IMG/VR virus record: IMGVR_UViG_3300030329_006583
Location: 203,119-267,118 of that record
Reading direction: 5' to 3' (one strand)
DNA length: 64,000 bases
Of this stretch, positions 8,587 through 18,378 are shown piece after piece; positions within the stretch are counted from its first letter, which is position 1; every line of letters begins with the position of its first letter. Position numbers and translations under genes: made by a program. The notes beneath the pieces are model-generated. The model made no database searches, was not told where the DNA came from, and worked only from the letters and a program-made list of their open reading frames with translations.

Positions 8587-9624
8587 TCACTTAGAATAAT
8601 TAATGTGAGTAGAACTTTCAATTGCACCATTAGGTGTCTGGCGAATGAATTGGGCCCGGGCATGAAGATGTGAAATGGAATTAGCACCGGTATAAGAAAG
8701 ACCTGAACGAATACCCACGGAAATTGTTTGTACAATATCGGCCAAAGGACCTTTCATTGGGATTATTGTGGCTACCCCTTCAATAGAATTAGCGCGTCCC
8801 CGCCAATCATATTGTGCCTCGACAGACGCCATACCCCGATAGGCTTTATATGCAGTGCGCACCGAATGACCATCCACTACCTCAGATTTCTCAATAACAG
8901 CGCCCGGAGATTCAGGGGTACCGGCCAACATAGAGCCTAACATCACACAATCAGCTCCGGCAGCCAAGGCCTTCACAATATCGCCACTATTCCTAATACC
9001 TCCGTCAGCAATAAGCAGGACATTAGCATCAGCGCTAGCACAATCCATAACTGATTGCAAAGTTGGCATGCCGTGACCGGTTTGAATACGAGTGCTACAT
9101 ATCGATCCTCCGCCAATGCCAATCCTGACGCTATCTGCACCCCAATCGGCCAAATCCTCTACCGCTGTGCGGCTAGCCACATTTCCTGCCATGATGTGCA
9201 CCTTAGATCCTAAAACCTCCCTCAATTTAAGGAGGGCACGTTTCATGCGCACATGATGACCGTGAGCAACATCAACACAAATCACCTTAGCACCATAGCT
9301 AACGAGAGCCCCAGCACGAGAAACATAATCTCCTGTTACCCCTACCGCAGCCCCACATATTGCCCCACTAGCCACAATTTTTTTCACCATATCAAATTGT
9401 GTTTGTGGGCTATTATATCGATGTACAATACCGAGTCCCCCCAACCTACTGATTTCGACTGCCGTATCCACACCTGTTACAGTGTCCATGGGGCTTGAAA
9501 TAATAGGTAATTTCAAAACGCCAACCTTGGGAATTTCTACACTAAGATCCACCTCTGTCCGGCTCTCAATAGCTGAATACTGGGGGGCTAAAAGAACATC
9601 GTCAAAACAAACTGTTTCCCTCAT
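8587..9624 (-). CDS. guaB: IMP dehydrogenase/GMP reductase family protein without CBS domains
   Basis: [43 protein letters not shown]. Confidence 0.85.
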   Translation of the reverse strand: MRETVCFDDVLLAPQYSAIESRTEVDLSVEIPKVGVLKLPIISSPMDTVTGVDTAVEISRLGGLGIVHRYNSPQTQFDMVKKIVASGAICGAAVGVTGDYVSRAGALVSYGAKVICVDVAHGHHVRMKRALLKLREVLGSKVHIMAGNVASRTAVEDLADWGADSVRIGIGGGSICSTRIQTGHGMPTLQSVMDCASADANVLLIADGGIRNSGDIVKALAAGADCVMLGSMLAGTPESPGAVIEKSEVVDGHSVRTAYKAYRGMASVEAQYDWRGRANSIEGVATIIPMKGPLADIVQTISVGIRSGLSYTGANSISHLHARAQFIRQTPNGAIESSTHINYSK

Positions 9625-9640
9625 TATATAACCTCATGTT

Positions 9641-9718
9641 TGGTGGGCCCTCTGGGATTCGAACCCAGAACTGACGGTTTATGAGACCGGCGCTCTAACC
9701 TGATTGAGCTAAGGGCCC
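9641..9718 (-). tRNA. tRNA with CAU anticodon, most likely tRNA-Ile2 (lysidine substrate)
   Basis: GGGCCCTTAGCTCAATCAGGTTAGAGCG-CCGGT-CTCATAA-ACCG...GGTTCGAATCC...AGGGCCCACCA; C4:G69 and C5:G68 pairs; encoded CCA; adjacent to tilS. Confidence 0.9.
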
Positions 9719-9729
9719 GCATTACAAAT

Positions 9730-10359
9730 CTAAACAGCAACTGCCTCTTTTATAAAAAAAACAGAATTTTCTTCCATTATTTTTTTTGCCAATACCTTCC
9801 GCATACCCGGATTAACATGTAATGCGTGGGGCATCATATTGTGTCGAATAAAATTTCTCATGTATCGCGTATCATCATTGGACACATCTTCCACATAAGG
9901 AACCCCTTTACGATCACACCAAGCATGCAACACACTCTTCGGGGTGGTCAAAAAAGGGCGAATAACATTTTGATTAGAATAAGGGGTGAGTGCCGGTTTG
10001 CCATGAAGGGATGAAAACAACCACCATTCACACACATCATCCAGGTGATGGGCTGTTACCACAGGGGTTTTCAACCCATGCAAAAATGCATATCTTTCAT
10101 CCCGCCAATATTCTTCCCAGCTTTGCGATCCCACCTTCTTCATGGAAGTAGATCCTGTAATCAGCTTGAGGTTATGCGATTCACAATAATCTTGTACAAA
10201 ACTTTGGGCGTAGCCAGAATGGGGGGTATTATGATTAAAATAGGCCACTTCAATTTCACGGCCGCCGCGGCGGAGAAAATCCAGTGCCGCCATCGAATCC
10301 ACCCCGCCTGAACAGGCCATTACGATCTTTTTAGGTACCTGGTTTAACAGCCTAATCAT
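9730..10359 (-). CDS. tilS: tRNA(Ile)-lysidine synthase, catalytic domain only (209 aa)
   Basis: SGGVDS PP-loop, RY, TAHHLDD, IRPFL, DVSNDDTRYMRNFIRH. Confidence 0.9.
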   Translation of the reverse strand: MIRLLNQVPKKIVMACSGGVDSMAALDFLRRGGREIEVAYFNHNTPHSGYAQSFVQDYCESHNLKLITGSTSMKKVGSQSWEEYWRDERYAFLHGLKTPVVTAHHLDDVCEWWLFSSLHGKPALTPYSNQNVIRPFLTTPKSVLHAWCDRKGVPYVEDVSNDDTRYMRNFIRHNMMPHALHVNPGMRKVLAKKIMEENSVFFIKEAVAV

Positions 10360-10368
10360 GACAAATCA

Positions 10369-10397
10369 ATTATATTCACATTTTTGATTGAGTACAA
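10369..10397 (-). promoter_or_regulatory. Sigma70-type promoter TTGTAC-N17-TATAAT; near-leaderless tilS transcript
   Basis: Exact 17-nt spacer; -10 box about 10 nt from the ATG. Confidence 0.55.
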
Positions 10398-10662
10398 CGA
10401 TTTAATAAAAATACTTATATGCATGGACCCAACGTTAATTATACTCACCTTCGGAAGCATTGTGGGATGTTTTTCCCTAGGGTTTAGTTTGGGAACCTAC
10501 CTCGAAAGAAAACGCATAATTTCTCAGTATGAATGGGATTTAAATATTATGGAACGCCTAAGCAGAATTGAGGATACAGTATCCGAATTTGAAGAATACG
10601 AAGAAAACGAATTAGATGGAATCAAATTAATTCGCATTCAATTTAATCGAACCGAAGATTAA
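10384..10662 (+). CDS. Small membrane-anchored protein (probable start MDPTL)
   Basis: One of the few plus-strand ORFs in otherwise intergenic space; N-terminal TM. Confidence 0.6.
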   Translation: MIEYNDLIKILICMDPTLIILTFGSIVGCFSLGFSLGTYLERKRIISQYEWDLNIMERLSRIEDTVSEFEEYEENELDGIKLIRIQFNRTED

Positions 10663-10668
10663 AAAATT

Positions 10669-10692
10669 AAGGCACCTCTAACCCCGTGCCTT
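10669..10692 (-). terminator. Probable intrinsic terminator between convergent genes
   Basis: AAGGCAC...GTGCCTT stem followed by AATTTTT on the minus strand. Confidence 0.45.
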
Positions 10693-10708
10693 CCTGCGGT
10701 TATATCAC

Positions 10709-11071
10709 CTATTCAGAATCAACAGCGGGTGTAGTCTCACTGTTCTTGTTCTCAATAGCCTTAATAGTACTGTCATCACCAGTAACGTCACTAGTACCAG
10801 GTGTGCCTTCTTTGATGGTATTAACCTGAGGCGTGGTGGTGCCCGTTGTAGGTGTAGTCTCACCAGTAACCTGGGGTGTTGTAGTGGTGGGGGGTGTCGT
10901 TGGTGTAGTCGTTGTTGTCTCCGTTACCGTATCCGTGGTGGTTGTAGCCGCCGCAGAAGGTTCAGGGGCTTTGTTCACCAAACCGTCAAAAGCACCAAAA
11001 AAATACAAAGCAACCAAAGACGCCCCAATTAAAATAAGCGTCAATTTATTTTCTTTAATAAAGTTTTTCAT
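10709..11071 (-). CDS. Membrane-anchored Thr/Pro-rich protein
   Basis: N-term TM followed by TTTTPTTPPTTTTP tract. Confidence 0.75.
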   Translation of the reverse strand: MKNFIKENKLTLILIGASLVALYFFGAFDGLVNKAPEPSAAATTTTDTVTETTTTTPTTPPTTTTPQVTGETTPTTGTTTPQVNTIKEGTPGTSDVTGDDSTIKAIENKNSETTPAVDSE

Positions 11072-11431
11072 TTATTCTTCCTCCTCTTCTTCATCAGATT
11101 CATCTCCATCCTCAGAAGCTTCATTTTCGTCAATATCGCCGGATTCCTGATCGTCACCTGCTGCATCAACTGCCTCTTCTTCCTCGGTTGATTCCTCGGA
11201 ATCAACTTCCTCTTCAGCAGATTCCTCCGCAACGTCTCCTTCCGTTTCCATCACATCTCCGGAATCATCCGCCACGTCACCGGTGGCATCTTCATCCTCA
11301 ACTTGTGGGGTGATAGATTCCTCAACAGAAACAGTCTCCTCATCACACTCACAACCAATAGTCGTGAATACAAGACCAAGCGCAAATACGCTAATTAACA
11401 TGCACATTAGTGCGAATAAACGATTCATCAA
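11072..11431 (-). CDS. Secreted/membrane-anchored highly acidic protein
   Basis: Signal-like N-term, IGCEC, then D/E-rich tail. Confidence 0.7.
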   Translation of the reverse strand: MMNRLFALMCMLISVFALGLVFTTIGCECDEETVSVEESITPQVEDEDATGDVADDSGDVMETEGDVAEESAEEEVDSEESTEEEEAVDAAGDDQESGDIDENEASEDGDESDEEEEEE

Positions 11432-11488
11432 AAACCTCCTTACAGATTCTATTGTATTTTTGAATCTAGAGATTATATATCACATCCC

Positions 11489-12103
11489 TTATTTGTTTAA
11501 ATCCAATTCCATACCTTCGGAAGCCAATTGGTGTGAATGAAACGTAAGGATTGTTTCTTCCCGGGTTTTAAATTCCTCTATGCGATTAATCGCCTCTTTT
11601 GCGCGGGTTTTTTCAGCTTTTATCTTATTACGTAATTCTTCTACAAATTGTGAATTATAAGAGTGCAACAAGATTATATCACCATATGCACAAAATTTAA
11701 CTTGAAGGGATGATTTATGATAAGAGGCATTGAGTGATGGGAAAAGAAAGAGTTCACCTAACTGTTTGGCTTCTGGTGTGCTGTTAGCATATACATAACC
11801 CAACCTTAAATACCCCCAACTAACCGTTATTTCATATATCCCCTCCCCTCCGTTCCGTACCAAATTGGTAACCGGTTCCTCCAACCGCCCCCACAAGCGC
11901 GTTAAGCGCCGGGTCAGTGTGGCTTTACGTCGGCCAAGAGAATACCGGGATTTCCCATCAAAAAAACGATGCAAAAGATAAGATTGAACCTGAATCTCTG
12001 AATGGAGATTTAAACCAAAGAGGGTTTTGGCATCATACTCATGACGCGGCGCCTTCCGAAGAAGATCATCAACTATTCGATCTCGCTCTTTATCCCTCAG
12101 CAT
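11489..12103 (-). CDS. Hypothetical protein
   Basis: 204-aa ORF in the operon. Confidence 0.7.
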   Translation of the reverse strand: MLRDKERDRIVDDLLRKAPRHEYDAKTLFGLNLHSEIQVQSYLLHRFFDGKSRYSLGRRKATLTRRLTRLWGRLEEPVTNLVRNGGEGIYEITVSWGYLRLGYVYANSTPEAKQLGELFLFPSLNASYHKSSLQVKFCAYGDIILLHSYNSQFVEELRNKIKAEKTRAKEAINRIEEFKTREETILTFHSHQLASEGMELDLNK

Positions 12104-12114
12104 TCATTTGCACG

Positions 12115-12954
12115 CTACCTTCTCTTGCGAATGTCCTTAACATTCACCTCTTCCACATCTCCATTTACCAACAGATCTTGCACCACTGCGCCGTTCTTTT
12201 CATTCACACGTGGTTCCGAAACCACAATGGCAGCTGGACGATTACCTGCCCAAATATTCCTGTAACGCATAGAACCGACTGGATGTTTTCCGTCTGTAAG
12301 TTCTCGCAAAGGCCCCTTGGCACCCTCCAAGACCTTGTTGCAAGACCATTCATCAATTCGCGGCTCATCAGGCAACGGATAATCAGATGGGTTTGGTGCA
12401 CCCGCTTCAGCCATCACCAATTGATGTGCCTCATTACGAACACTCCATTCCAGCCATGTCGATACAGTTCGTAGAGCCTTTGCCGTTCCCCCACGGTGAG
12501 CAAAATAATAGGCCCCCTTGTGAGAAAGAATAGAAGCTGCGGCTTGAAGAAGCGGGATATCCGACGGGCGGAACTTACCATTCTGCCTGATATGTTCCGC
12601 CTCCTTCAGCATCGCATCGAGAAAGTCCTTTTGTTTCCCTGAAAGTTCATTGCCACGAACAACATTCCCTGCAAAATCTTGGAGAACTGAAACTCGATGT
12701 TGCATACCATCCAGGGCAGCTGCATCTTGAATTTCCTTAAGGAGTTTAGGATCACCTTGCGGTTGAGGGGCCCCGTCTTCGATGAGGTTATCCAGCCAGT
12801 TGCGCTGTTTCTTGCTAAGGCCTTTGCCTCTTTCAAGGCGAGAAATCATATCACGGACAAAGCGCATACGATAATCATTAGCCAATCCAACACTAGAACA
12901 TGCCTCTAAAAGCTGAACTGATTGTGAAAGCCTAAGTTCTCTAGATTTCCTCAT
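12115..12954 (-). CDS. Hypothetical protein with repeated 'LSxKQ' helical module
   Basis: GKGLSKKQRNWL and GNELSGKQKDFL; GGAGG RBS. Confidence 0.75.
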   Translation of the reverse strand: MRKSRELRLSQSVQLLEACSSVGLANDYRMRFVRDMISRLERGKGLSKKQRNWLDNLIEDGAPQPQGDPKLLKEIQDAAALDGMQHRVSVLQDFAGNVVRGNELSGKQKDFLDAMLKEAEHIRQNGKFRPSDIPLLQAAASILSHKGAYYFAHRGGTAKALRTVSTWLEWSVRNEAHQLVMAEAGAPNPSDYPLPDEPRIDEWSCNKVLEGAKGPLRELTDGKHPVGSMRYRNIWAGNRPAAIVVSEPRVNEKNGAVVQDLLVNGDVEEVNVKDIRKRR

Positions 12955-12986
12955 AGAATCGCCTCCTTTTCCTTCCTGACAATTCT

Positions 12987-13016
12987 ATTATAACTATATC
13001 TCGAACTTTTTGCACG
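12987..13016 (-). promoter_or_regulatory. Promoter CGTGCAA-N17-TATAAT
   Basis: Member of the recurrent motif. Confidence 0.65.
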
Positions 13017-13027
13017 CCATCAAGCGT

Positions 13028-13255
13028 TTATTTTGTTTTTTGTTTGAGCTTTTTTTTATTCTTTTTTGATGGTTTTGGGTTAGTCGGGGGTTTGCGAACC
13101 TTGATATTGAAATCACCGTCGGCGGTTTTTTTCACCTTCACTTCCCACGTTGGGTTTTGCTCTATTAATGAATTACGAGCAGCATCAGCCTTGGCATAAT
13201 TTGTGAATGTTTTTACAACGTCCCATGGTTTTCCATGAATCATATTTTCACTCAT
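13028..13255 (-). CDS. Small basic hypothetical protein
   Basis: ORF with GGAG RBS. Confidence 0.65.
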   Translation of the reverse strand: MSENMIHGKPWDVVKTFTNYAKADAARNSLIEQNPTWEVKVKKTADGDFNIKVRKPPTNPKPSKKNKKKLKQKTK

Positions 13256-13257
13256 TA

Positions 13258-13428
13258 CTATCTCCTCCCTTGACCACGTCGTTTTTTACGATAAGTCCCC
13301 GAAGGACGTGATCCACCAGGGCCACCACCCTTGTGACCATGTTTACTAAATTTTCCGTTACCAATACGGGTTTTTTTAGGACCATTACTATTAAGCTTGT
13401 TTTTATTGGATGATACTTTTCTTGCCAC
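13258..13428 (-). CDS. 56-aa very basic Gly/Lys/Arg-rich peptide ending YRKKRRGQGRR
   Basis: Hand-translated from GTG at 13428; fills the gap exactly; not in the track. Confidence 0.6.
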   Translation of the reverse strand: MARKVSSNKNKLNSNGPKKTRIGNGKFSKHGHKGGGPGGSRPSGTYRKKRRGQGRR

Positions 13429-13429
13429 C

Positions 13430-13672
13430 TTATTCCTCCATGGTGGGTGTTAGTAAGGGTGATTCACTTACCAGGTTTCTCAAAAATTTGTTCTCATTCA
13501 TCAATTCTTCATTACGTTGATAAAGACTCTTTATTCGTATTTTGTATTCTATTTCATCTCGCACAATTTCTGTCAATTCACGTGTACGTTCATCCATCAA
13601 CGTTTTTAATCTTTCATTTTCACGAATTAATGCCTCAAGTTTTTCTTCCATCTTTTCAAAGGGCGCTGACAT
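13430..13672 (-). CDS. Coiled-coil protein
   Basis: Heptad pattern; GGAGG RBS. Confidence 0.65.
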   Translation of the reverse strand: MSAPFEKMEEKLEALIRENERLKTLMDERTRELTEIVRDEIEYKIRIKSLYQRNEELMNENKFLRNLVSESPLLTPTMEE

Positions 13673-13686
13673 ATAAACCTCCTACA

Positions 13687-14721
13687 TTATACACTTTGTT
13701 GATACAACCGTAAAGCCTCAATTTGACGTTCATTTAAATTTTGAGGAATAACAATTTCCACCTTTGTTAAGTGATCGCCTCGCCTTCCTTTGTGATCCTC
13801 TATCCCTTTACCTTTCATTCTCAAAATGGAATTAGGTTGAGTGCCGGCCGGAACATTAATATCCGTCAGGCCATGTACTGTCTTCACCTTAGTCATTCCC
13901 CCTAGGGTTGCAGTAACCATATCTACATGTAATACATTAAGCACATTAAGACCATCCCTACCATAATACGGTGATTGTTGAATTCTGACGTATACGTTCA
14001 AATCACCAGGTGGCATTACGGATTGGGTGCTTTCGCCTTTTCCTTTAATTTGAACCACATCACCATCATCAATCCCCTTCGGAATTTGAATCTCAATGCC
14101 TTCCTTATTTACAACCTTCCCTTTACCGGTACAACTTTGGCACTTTTCTTTTATTGTTTTCCCATGCCCGCCACAAGATGGACATGTGGTAGTAACACTA
14201 AAAAACCCTTGCTGCCCAATCACCTGCCCTCGGCCTCCGCATGTAATGCATGTTTGCGGCAATGTACCAGGTTTACAGCCGGAACCAGAACAAGTAACAC
14301 AATTAACATAACGTTCAAGTTCTAGAGTGCGTACACAACCTTTAACCGCCTCATCAAAAGACAACGGAATTTCTACGTCAATATTGCGATTGCGCTGGAC
14401 GCGATGAGTTTGTCTTCCAAAGAAATCACCGAAAATACTACCAAATTGATCAAAGATATCCCCAAATCCCGCAGAGGTGGCCCCAAATCCATCAAAATTA
14501 AACGCATCATGTCCACCAGCGTCATATTGTGCACGTTTCTCCGGATCACTTAATACCGCATATGCTTCACTAATTTCCTTAAACTTTTCTTCTGCCTTAA
14601 TATTATCTGGGTTTTTATCTGGATGATATGTAACGGCAAGTTTACGATAAGCTTTTTTGATTTCTGCCCCGGTGGCATTTTCACTTACCCCTAACAAGGT
14701 GTAATAATCTTTTTTTGACAT
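13687..14721 (-). CDS. dnaJ: Class A DnaJ chaperone
   Basis: J domain with HPD, G/F region, four CxxCxGxG repeats. Confidence 0.95.
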   Translation of the reverse strand: MSKKDYYTLLGVSENATGAEIKKAYRKLAVTYHPDKNPDNIKAEEKFKEISEAYAVLSDPEKRAQYDAGGHDAFNFDGFGATSAGFGDIFDQFGSIFGDFFGRQTHRVQRNRNIDVEIPLSFDEAVKGCVRTLELERYVNCVTCSGSGCKPGTLPQTCITCGGRGQVIGQQGFFSVTTTCPSCGGHGKTIKEKCQSCTGKGKVVNKEGIEIQIPKGIDDGDVVQIKGKGESTQSVMPPGDLNVYVRIQQSPYYGRDGLNVLNVLHVDMVTATLGGMTKVKTVHGLTDINVPAGTQPNSILRMKGKGIEDHKGRRGDHLTKVEIVIPQNLNERQIEALRLYQQSV

Positions 14722-14724
14722 GGA

Positions 14725-16194
14725 TTATTCCGATCTTCTCTTAAACTCTTTCATTAATTTTTCCGCCTGCTCCTCATATTCTGCGAGATTTGCCCAAGAT
14801 TTATCAGGGGAAAGCATACTTTCATCAATTCCATTAAATTTTACCGGAATTTTCAAACCTGTATAAGGATGAAGTTGATAATCTGCTTTTTTTAATGTTC
14901 CATCATGAATACCGGCTATTATCTTTCGAGTTACATCGATGGGCATACGATGGCCTATCCCATACCCGCCACCGGTCCACCCTGTATTAACAAGCCAACA
15001 ATCTACTTTATGCTTCTCAATTTTTCCCTTTAATAAGTGTGCATATTCCTGAGGAAACCGGGGCATAAATGGTGCGCCGTAACAATAGGAAAAAGTTGCC
15101 TCCGGTTCTTTCACCCCTGCCTCGGTGCCAGCCACCTTGGCCGTATACCCCAGAAGAAAGTGTTGTACAGCTTCCTCGGGAGTAAGCTTGGAAACCGGGG
15201 GTAGAATCCCAAAGGCATCACATGTTAACATTACAACATTGGCTGGATGTCCAGCGGCACCAGTTTTACTGGAATTACTAATATATTCAATTGGGTAAGA
15301 TGCACGTGTGTTCTCTGTGAGTGTTGCATCATTAAAATCTGGGGTTCTATCATCATGAAGGATAACGTTCTCTAGAATGGCACCGTGCCTTTGGCAGGCA
15401 TTCCAGATTTGTGGTTCAGCTTTCGCGTCAAGCCGAATCACCTTGGCATAACAACCGCCTTCAAAATTATAAAGACCTGTGTCCGACCAAGAGTGTTCAT
15501 CATCCCCAATCAATACCCGATCTTCCTCCGACGAAAGTGTTGTCTTACCTGTCCCAGACAGTCCAAAAAATATTGCCGGAGCCCCTCCATCCTCTGCGGT
15601 GTTCACAGAACAATGCATGGGCAGAATTCCTTTTGCCGGCAGAAGAAAATTCAGAACAGTGAATACGCTTTTCTTAATTTCCCCGGCATAATAAGTACCG
15701 CTAATCAATATTTCTTGTTCTTGAAATGAAATGAGAACCATAGGATCTGAGGTAAAGGTCGGTGCGGCATAAATCGTCCATTCATCTTCTTGCCCTGTTA
15801 ACATGTGTTCAATCAATTCGGGCCTAACAAACATATTCCTTGCAAATATACTGTGCCACAATAATGTTGTATTGACTTTAAGCCTCAAAGTGTTTGCAGG
15901 ATCACGATTGGCGTAAAGCGTTTGTGTATATATTCCGGTTTCCCCCGCTTTTGCAAGGTGCTCTTTCATCCTATCACGGGTATACAGAAATTCGTGATGG
16001 GTAATACTTTGATTGGCATCCCAATTAATTTTTCCTTGCGTAATGGAATCACACACAATAGATTTTGCCTTAGGTGAACGACCCGTGCAATCGCCGGTAG
16101 CGGTGACCAAGGCACCACCCCCAGATTCATTAGCTTCCCCCAATTGGAGGGACATCCGTGTTAATTCTTTTAATGAAAATTCATCTAATAACAT
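14725..16194 (-). CDS. pckA: ATP-dependent PEP carboxykinase
   Basis: TGRSPK, YAGEIKK, MHCS, FFGLSGTGKTTLS, IGDDEH, NFEGGCYAK. Confidence 0.95.
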   Translation of the reverse strand: MLLDEFSLKELTRMSLQLGEANESGGGALVTATGDCTGRSPKAKSIVCDSITQGKINWDANQSITHHEFLYTRDRMKEHLAKAGETGIYTQTLYANRDPANTLRLKVNTTLLWHSIFARNMFVRPELIEHMLTGQEDEWTIYAAPTFTSDPMVLISFQEQEILISGTYYAGEIKKSVFTVLNFLLPAKGILPMHCSVNTAEDGGAPAIFFGLSGTGKTTLSSEEDRVLIGDDEHSWSDTGLYNFEGGCYAKVIRLDAKAEPQIWNACQRHGAILENVILHDDRTPDFNDATLTENTRASYPIEYISNSSKTGAAGHPANVVMLTCDAFGILPPVSKLTPEEAVQHFLLGYTAKVAGTEAGVKEPEATFSYCYGAPFMPRFPQEYAHLLKGKIEKHKVDCWLVNTGWTGGGYGIGHRMPIDVTRKIIAGIHDGTLKKADYQLHPYTGLKIPVKFNGIDESMLSPDKSWANLAEYEEQAEKLMKEFKRRSE

Positions 16195-16205
16195 TTATAC
16201 TTCCT

Positions 16206-17129
16206 TTAAGCGGCGGCAATTAAGTGTTTAAAATCTTCAAGGTATTTAAACAACGCCTGTTCTTTGGCTTTACATTCTAACACCACATCCAAATCTAACC
16301 CCAAATCTTGAAAAGGTTCATAATAATATGTAGAATGTGTACATGCAGGAACTTTGGGATCCTCGTATTTTTTCTTGGAATTAGAATGATGACATGTAGG
16401 TGTCACATCCCCCCAAGTTGAAGCCGCCATATGAAGAGCCTCAGAATAAGACTGATCTTGTGGACCTAATTGAAAGTGGTGTGAATCAAATACAATAGGA
16501 ATGCCGACTCGGCGGTATACGCCATCATATAATTGTTTAGTAGAAAACATGTTTCGTTTGTCATCATTCTCAACGGTTAACCTCCTTTGAGTTGTGGGTT
16601 GTAGCAATTCAAAATTTTTGCAAAAGCGAGCCAAAGCAGAGGCACGATCTCCATAGGCACCACCAACATGAATGTTAATCTTGGAATTATGATCAGCAGG
16701 CATGCCTAACATGTCCATAATAATAGCATGATTGTCTAATTCCCTAAGGGCATTATCTACCACGTGTTTTTTAGGGCTGGCGAGGACACAAAATTGACCG
16801 GGGTGAAAAGACAATCGCTGACCACTATGATGAGCCATGCGGCCGGTGGATGCCAACACTTTACGGATCTCCGATATATCCGGTAAATCATCGAAGCGAT
16901 ATTCTGACATCCACGGAAAGAGGCACGAACTAATGCGAAATACGCCTACGTTGTGTTCATTATTCCATTCCACAATTCGCTGAAGTGATTTTACATTGCT
17001 TAATGCAATTTCACTAGCGTAAGGCAAACCCTTGGCCAACCATGTCCTTTTAATCATTCCGCGGTTGGCGCTAATCTTTTCTTTTTTTTGTAGGGTCATA
17101 TTAATACAGGCATATCCGAATCGGGTCAT
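16206..17129 (-). CDS. uvsE: UV damage endonuclease
   Basis: GYACIN, FRISS, SFHPGQF, VENDD, VFDSHH, ECKAKEQA. Confidence 0.93.
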   Translation of the reverse strand: MTRFGYACINMTLQKKEKISANRGMIKRTWLAKGLPYASEIALSNVKSLQRIVEWNNEHNVGVFRISSCLFPWMSEYRFDDLPDISEIRKVLASTGRMAHHSGQRLSFHPGQFCVLASPKKHVVDNALRELDNHAIIMDMLGMPADHNSKINIHVGGAYGDRASALARFCKNFELLQPTTQRRLTVENDDKRNMFSTKQLYDGVYRRVGIPIVFDSHHFQLGPQDQSYSEALHMAASTWGDVTPTCHHSNSKKKYEDPKVPACTHSTYYYEPFQDLGLDLDVVLECKAKEQALFKYLEDFKHLIAAA

Positions 17130-17153
17130 ACATCACTCCTAAAGTTTTGTATA

Positions 17154-17184
17154 ATTCTATAATAGAAATGCCAAAATTTACACG
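17154..17184 (-). promoter_or_regulatory. Promoter CGTGTAA-N18-TAGAAT
   Basis: Recurrent motif upstream of uvsE. Confidence 0.55.
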
Positions 17185-17202
17185 CAAATTATGAAATTAA
17201 TT

Positions 17203-17679
17203 TTAACCCAGGCCCTGGAATCCATTGGAACCTGTGAGCATCTGCCGTATGGGATTTGACGGAACGGTTGTTAAACCCGCTATAACGTGAATCGTCGCCG
17301 CACCACCATAACCTCCGTCACGGAAAAAAACCCCGCTGGCCTTTACCTCATACGGGCCGGCATAGGTACCTCCCTCAAACACCTTTATGTAATTACGATT
17401 AGAACCGGTGAGATTGTAGCCTGGGTTGGGGGTTGTGACCCCGGCGGTGGCACTTGAACCATGTGTACCATTTGCGGTAAAACCCATCAAAATAGGCGCA
17501 GTTCCACCAACTCCATGCTGTGCCACGTAGATCCATCGCGATACAAAAGGGAAGTGAAAATGGATGAAAGGATTAGAACCATCGAGCTCACCAGTAAGCG
17601 AGGAACTCACGTATGGAATCCCGGATAACTGGTACTCTTGCACGTTGTTGTGATCATTTGCAGGCCAATTTAAACTCAT
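17203..17679 (-). CDS. Beta-rich hypothetical protein, paralog of 17684..18124
   Basis: MSLNW..NHN..YQ.SGIP.V.SS...FPFV.RWI...LTGSNGFQG.G shared. Confidence 0.8.
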   Translation of the reverse strand: MSLNWPANDHNNVQEYQLSGIPYVSSSLTGELDGSNPFIHFHFPFVSRWIYVAQHGVGGTAPILMGFTANGTHGSSATAGVTTPNPGYNLTGSNRNYIKVFEGGTYAGPYEVKASGVFFRDGGYGGAATIHVIAGLTTVPSNPIRQMLTGSNGFQGLG

Positions 17680-17683
17680 TTAA

Positions 17684-18124
17684 TCACCCAATTCCCTGGA
17701 AACCGTTTGAGCCCGTAAGCAATCGCCTCAAAGGATCGGCTGGAACATTTGTTAAGCCCGCTATTACCTGAACGGTGCTGGCGCCGCCTTCACCTTGGAA
17801 ATAAAGATCTGTGCAACGTACCTCTATGGGTCCCAAGGATTTCCCGGCATCGACCACCGCGTAATTCATGTTTGAACCCGTGGGACTGTAAGCGCCTAGG
17901 TTTGCAGCCAGAATACCGTTTGCGGTAAACGACATTTTAAACCCATTACCTTGTTCAGTACATACCACTTGAATCCAGCGTGTAACAAATGGGAATCTTA
18001 TATGAACCAAATCACCGGCACCGGCAGTCACCTCATTATCTAGCGATGAGGTAACAAACGGAATTCCTGACTGTTGATATGCTGGCACATAATTATGATT
18101 GTTTCCAGCCCAATTTAAACTCAT
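17684..18124 (-). CDS. Beta-rich hypothetical protein, paralog of 17203..17679
   Basis: Same conserved blocks. Confidence 0.8.
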   Translation of the reverse strand: MSLNWAGNNHNYVPAYQQSGIPFVTSSLDNEVTAGAGDLVHIRFPFVTRWIQVVCTEQGNGFKMSFTANGILAANLGAYSPTGSNMNYAVVDAGKSLGPIEVRCTDLYFQGEGGASTVQVIAGLTNVPADPLRRLLTGSNGFQGIG

Positions 18125-18174
18125 CTTTATCTCTCCATGGAAGCATTATCAGGTTATAATTAGTACCCTACTTA

Positions 18175-18378
18175 TTATTTTATCATTCCTAACTTTCGTA
18201 AATAGTCTCTTATTTTATTACGATACTTTTCTTCCATTCCGGGTTGGTCTAACATGAGATTATTTTCATCAGCCTGTTCATAAGGGGAACTTAATTCATG
18301 ACGTACCGATTCCCTGACAAAACGGCGTAAATGTTTCATTTTTAATCGTATTTTTTTATTCGGCACAGGCATTCTCAT
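18175..18378 (-). CDS. Small tagged protein
   Basis: LKMKHLRRFVRESV. Confidence 0.6.
   Translation of the reverse strand: MRMPVPNKKIRLKMKHLRRFVRESVRHELSSPYEQADENNLMLDQPGMEEKYRNKIRDYLRKLGMIK

Noticed and set aside
9641-9718. tRNA-Met or fMet
   Set aside because: It has a paired 1:72, no GGG/CCC anticodon stem, Ile2-like acceptor pairs and an adjacent tilS.
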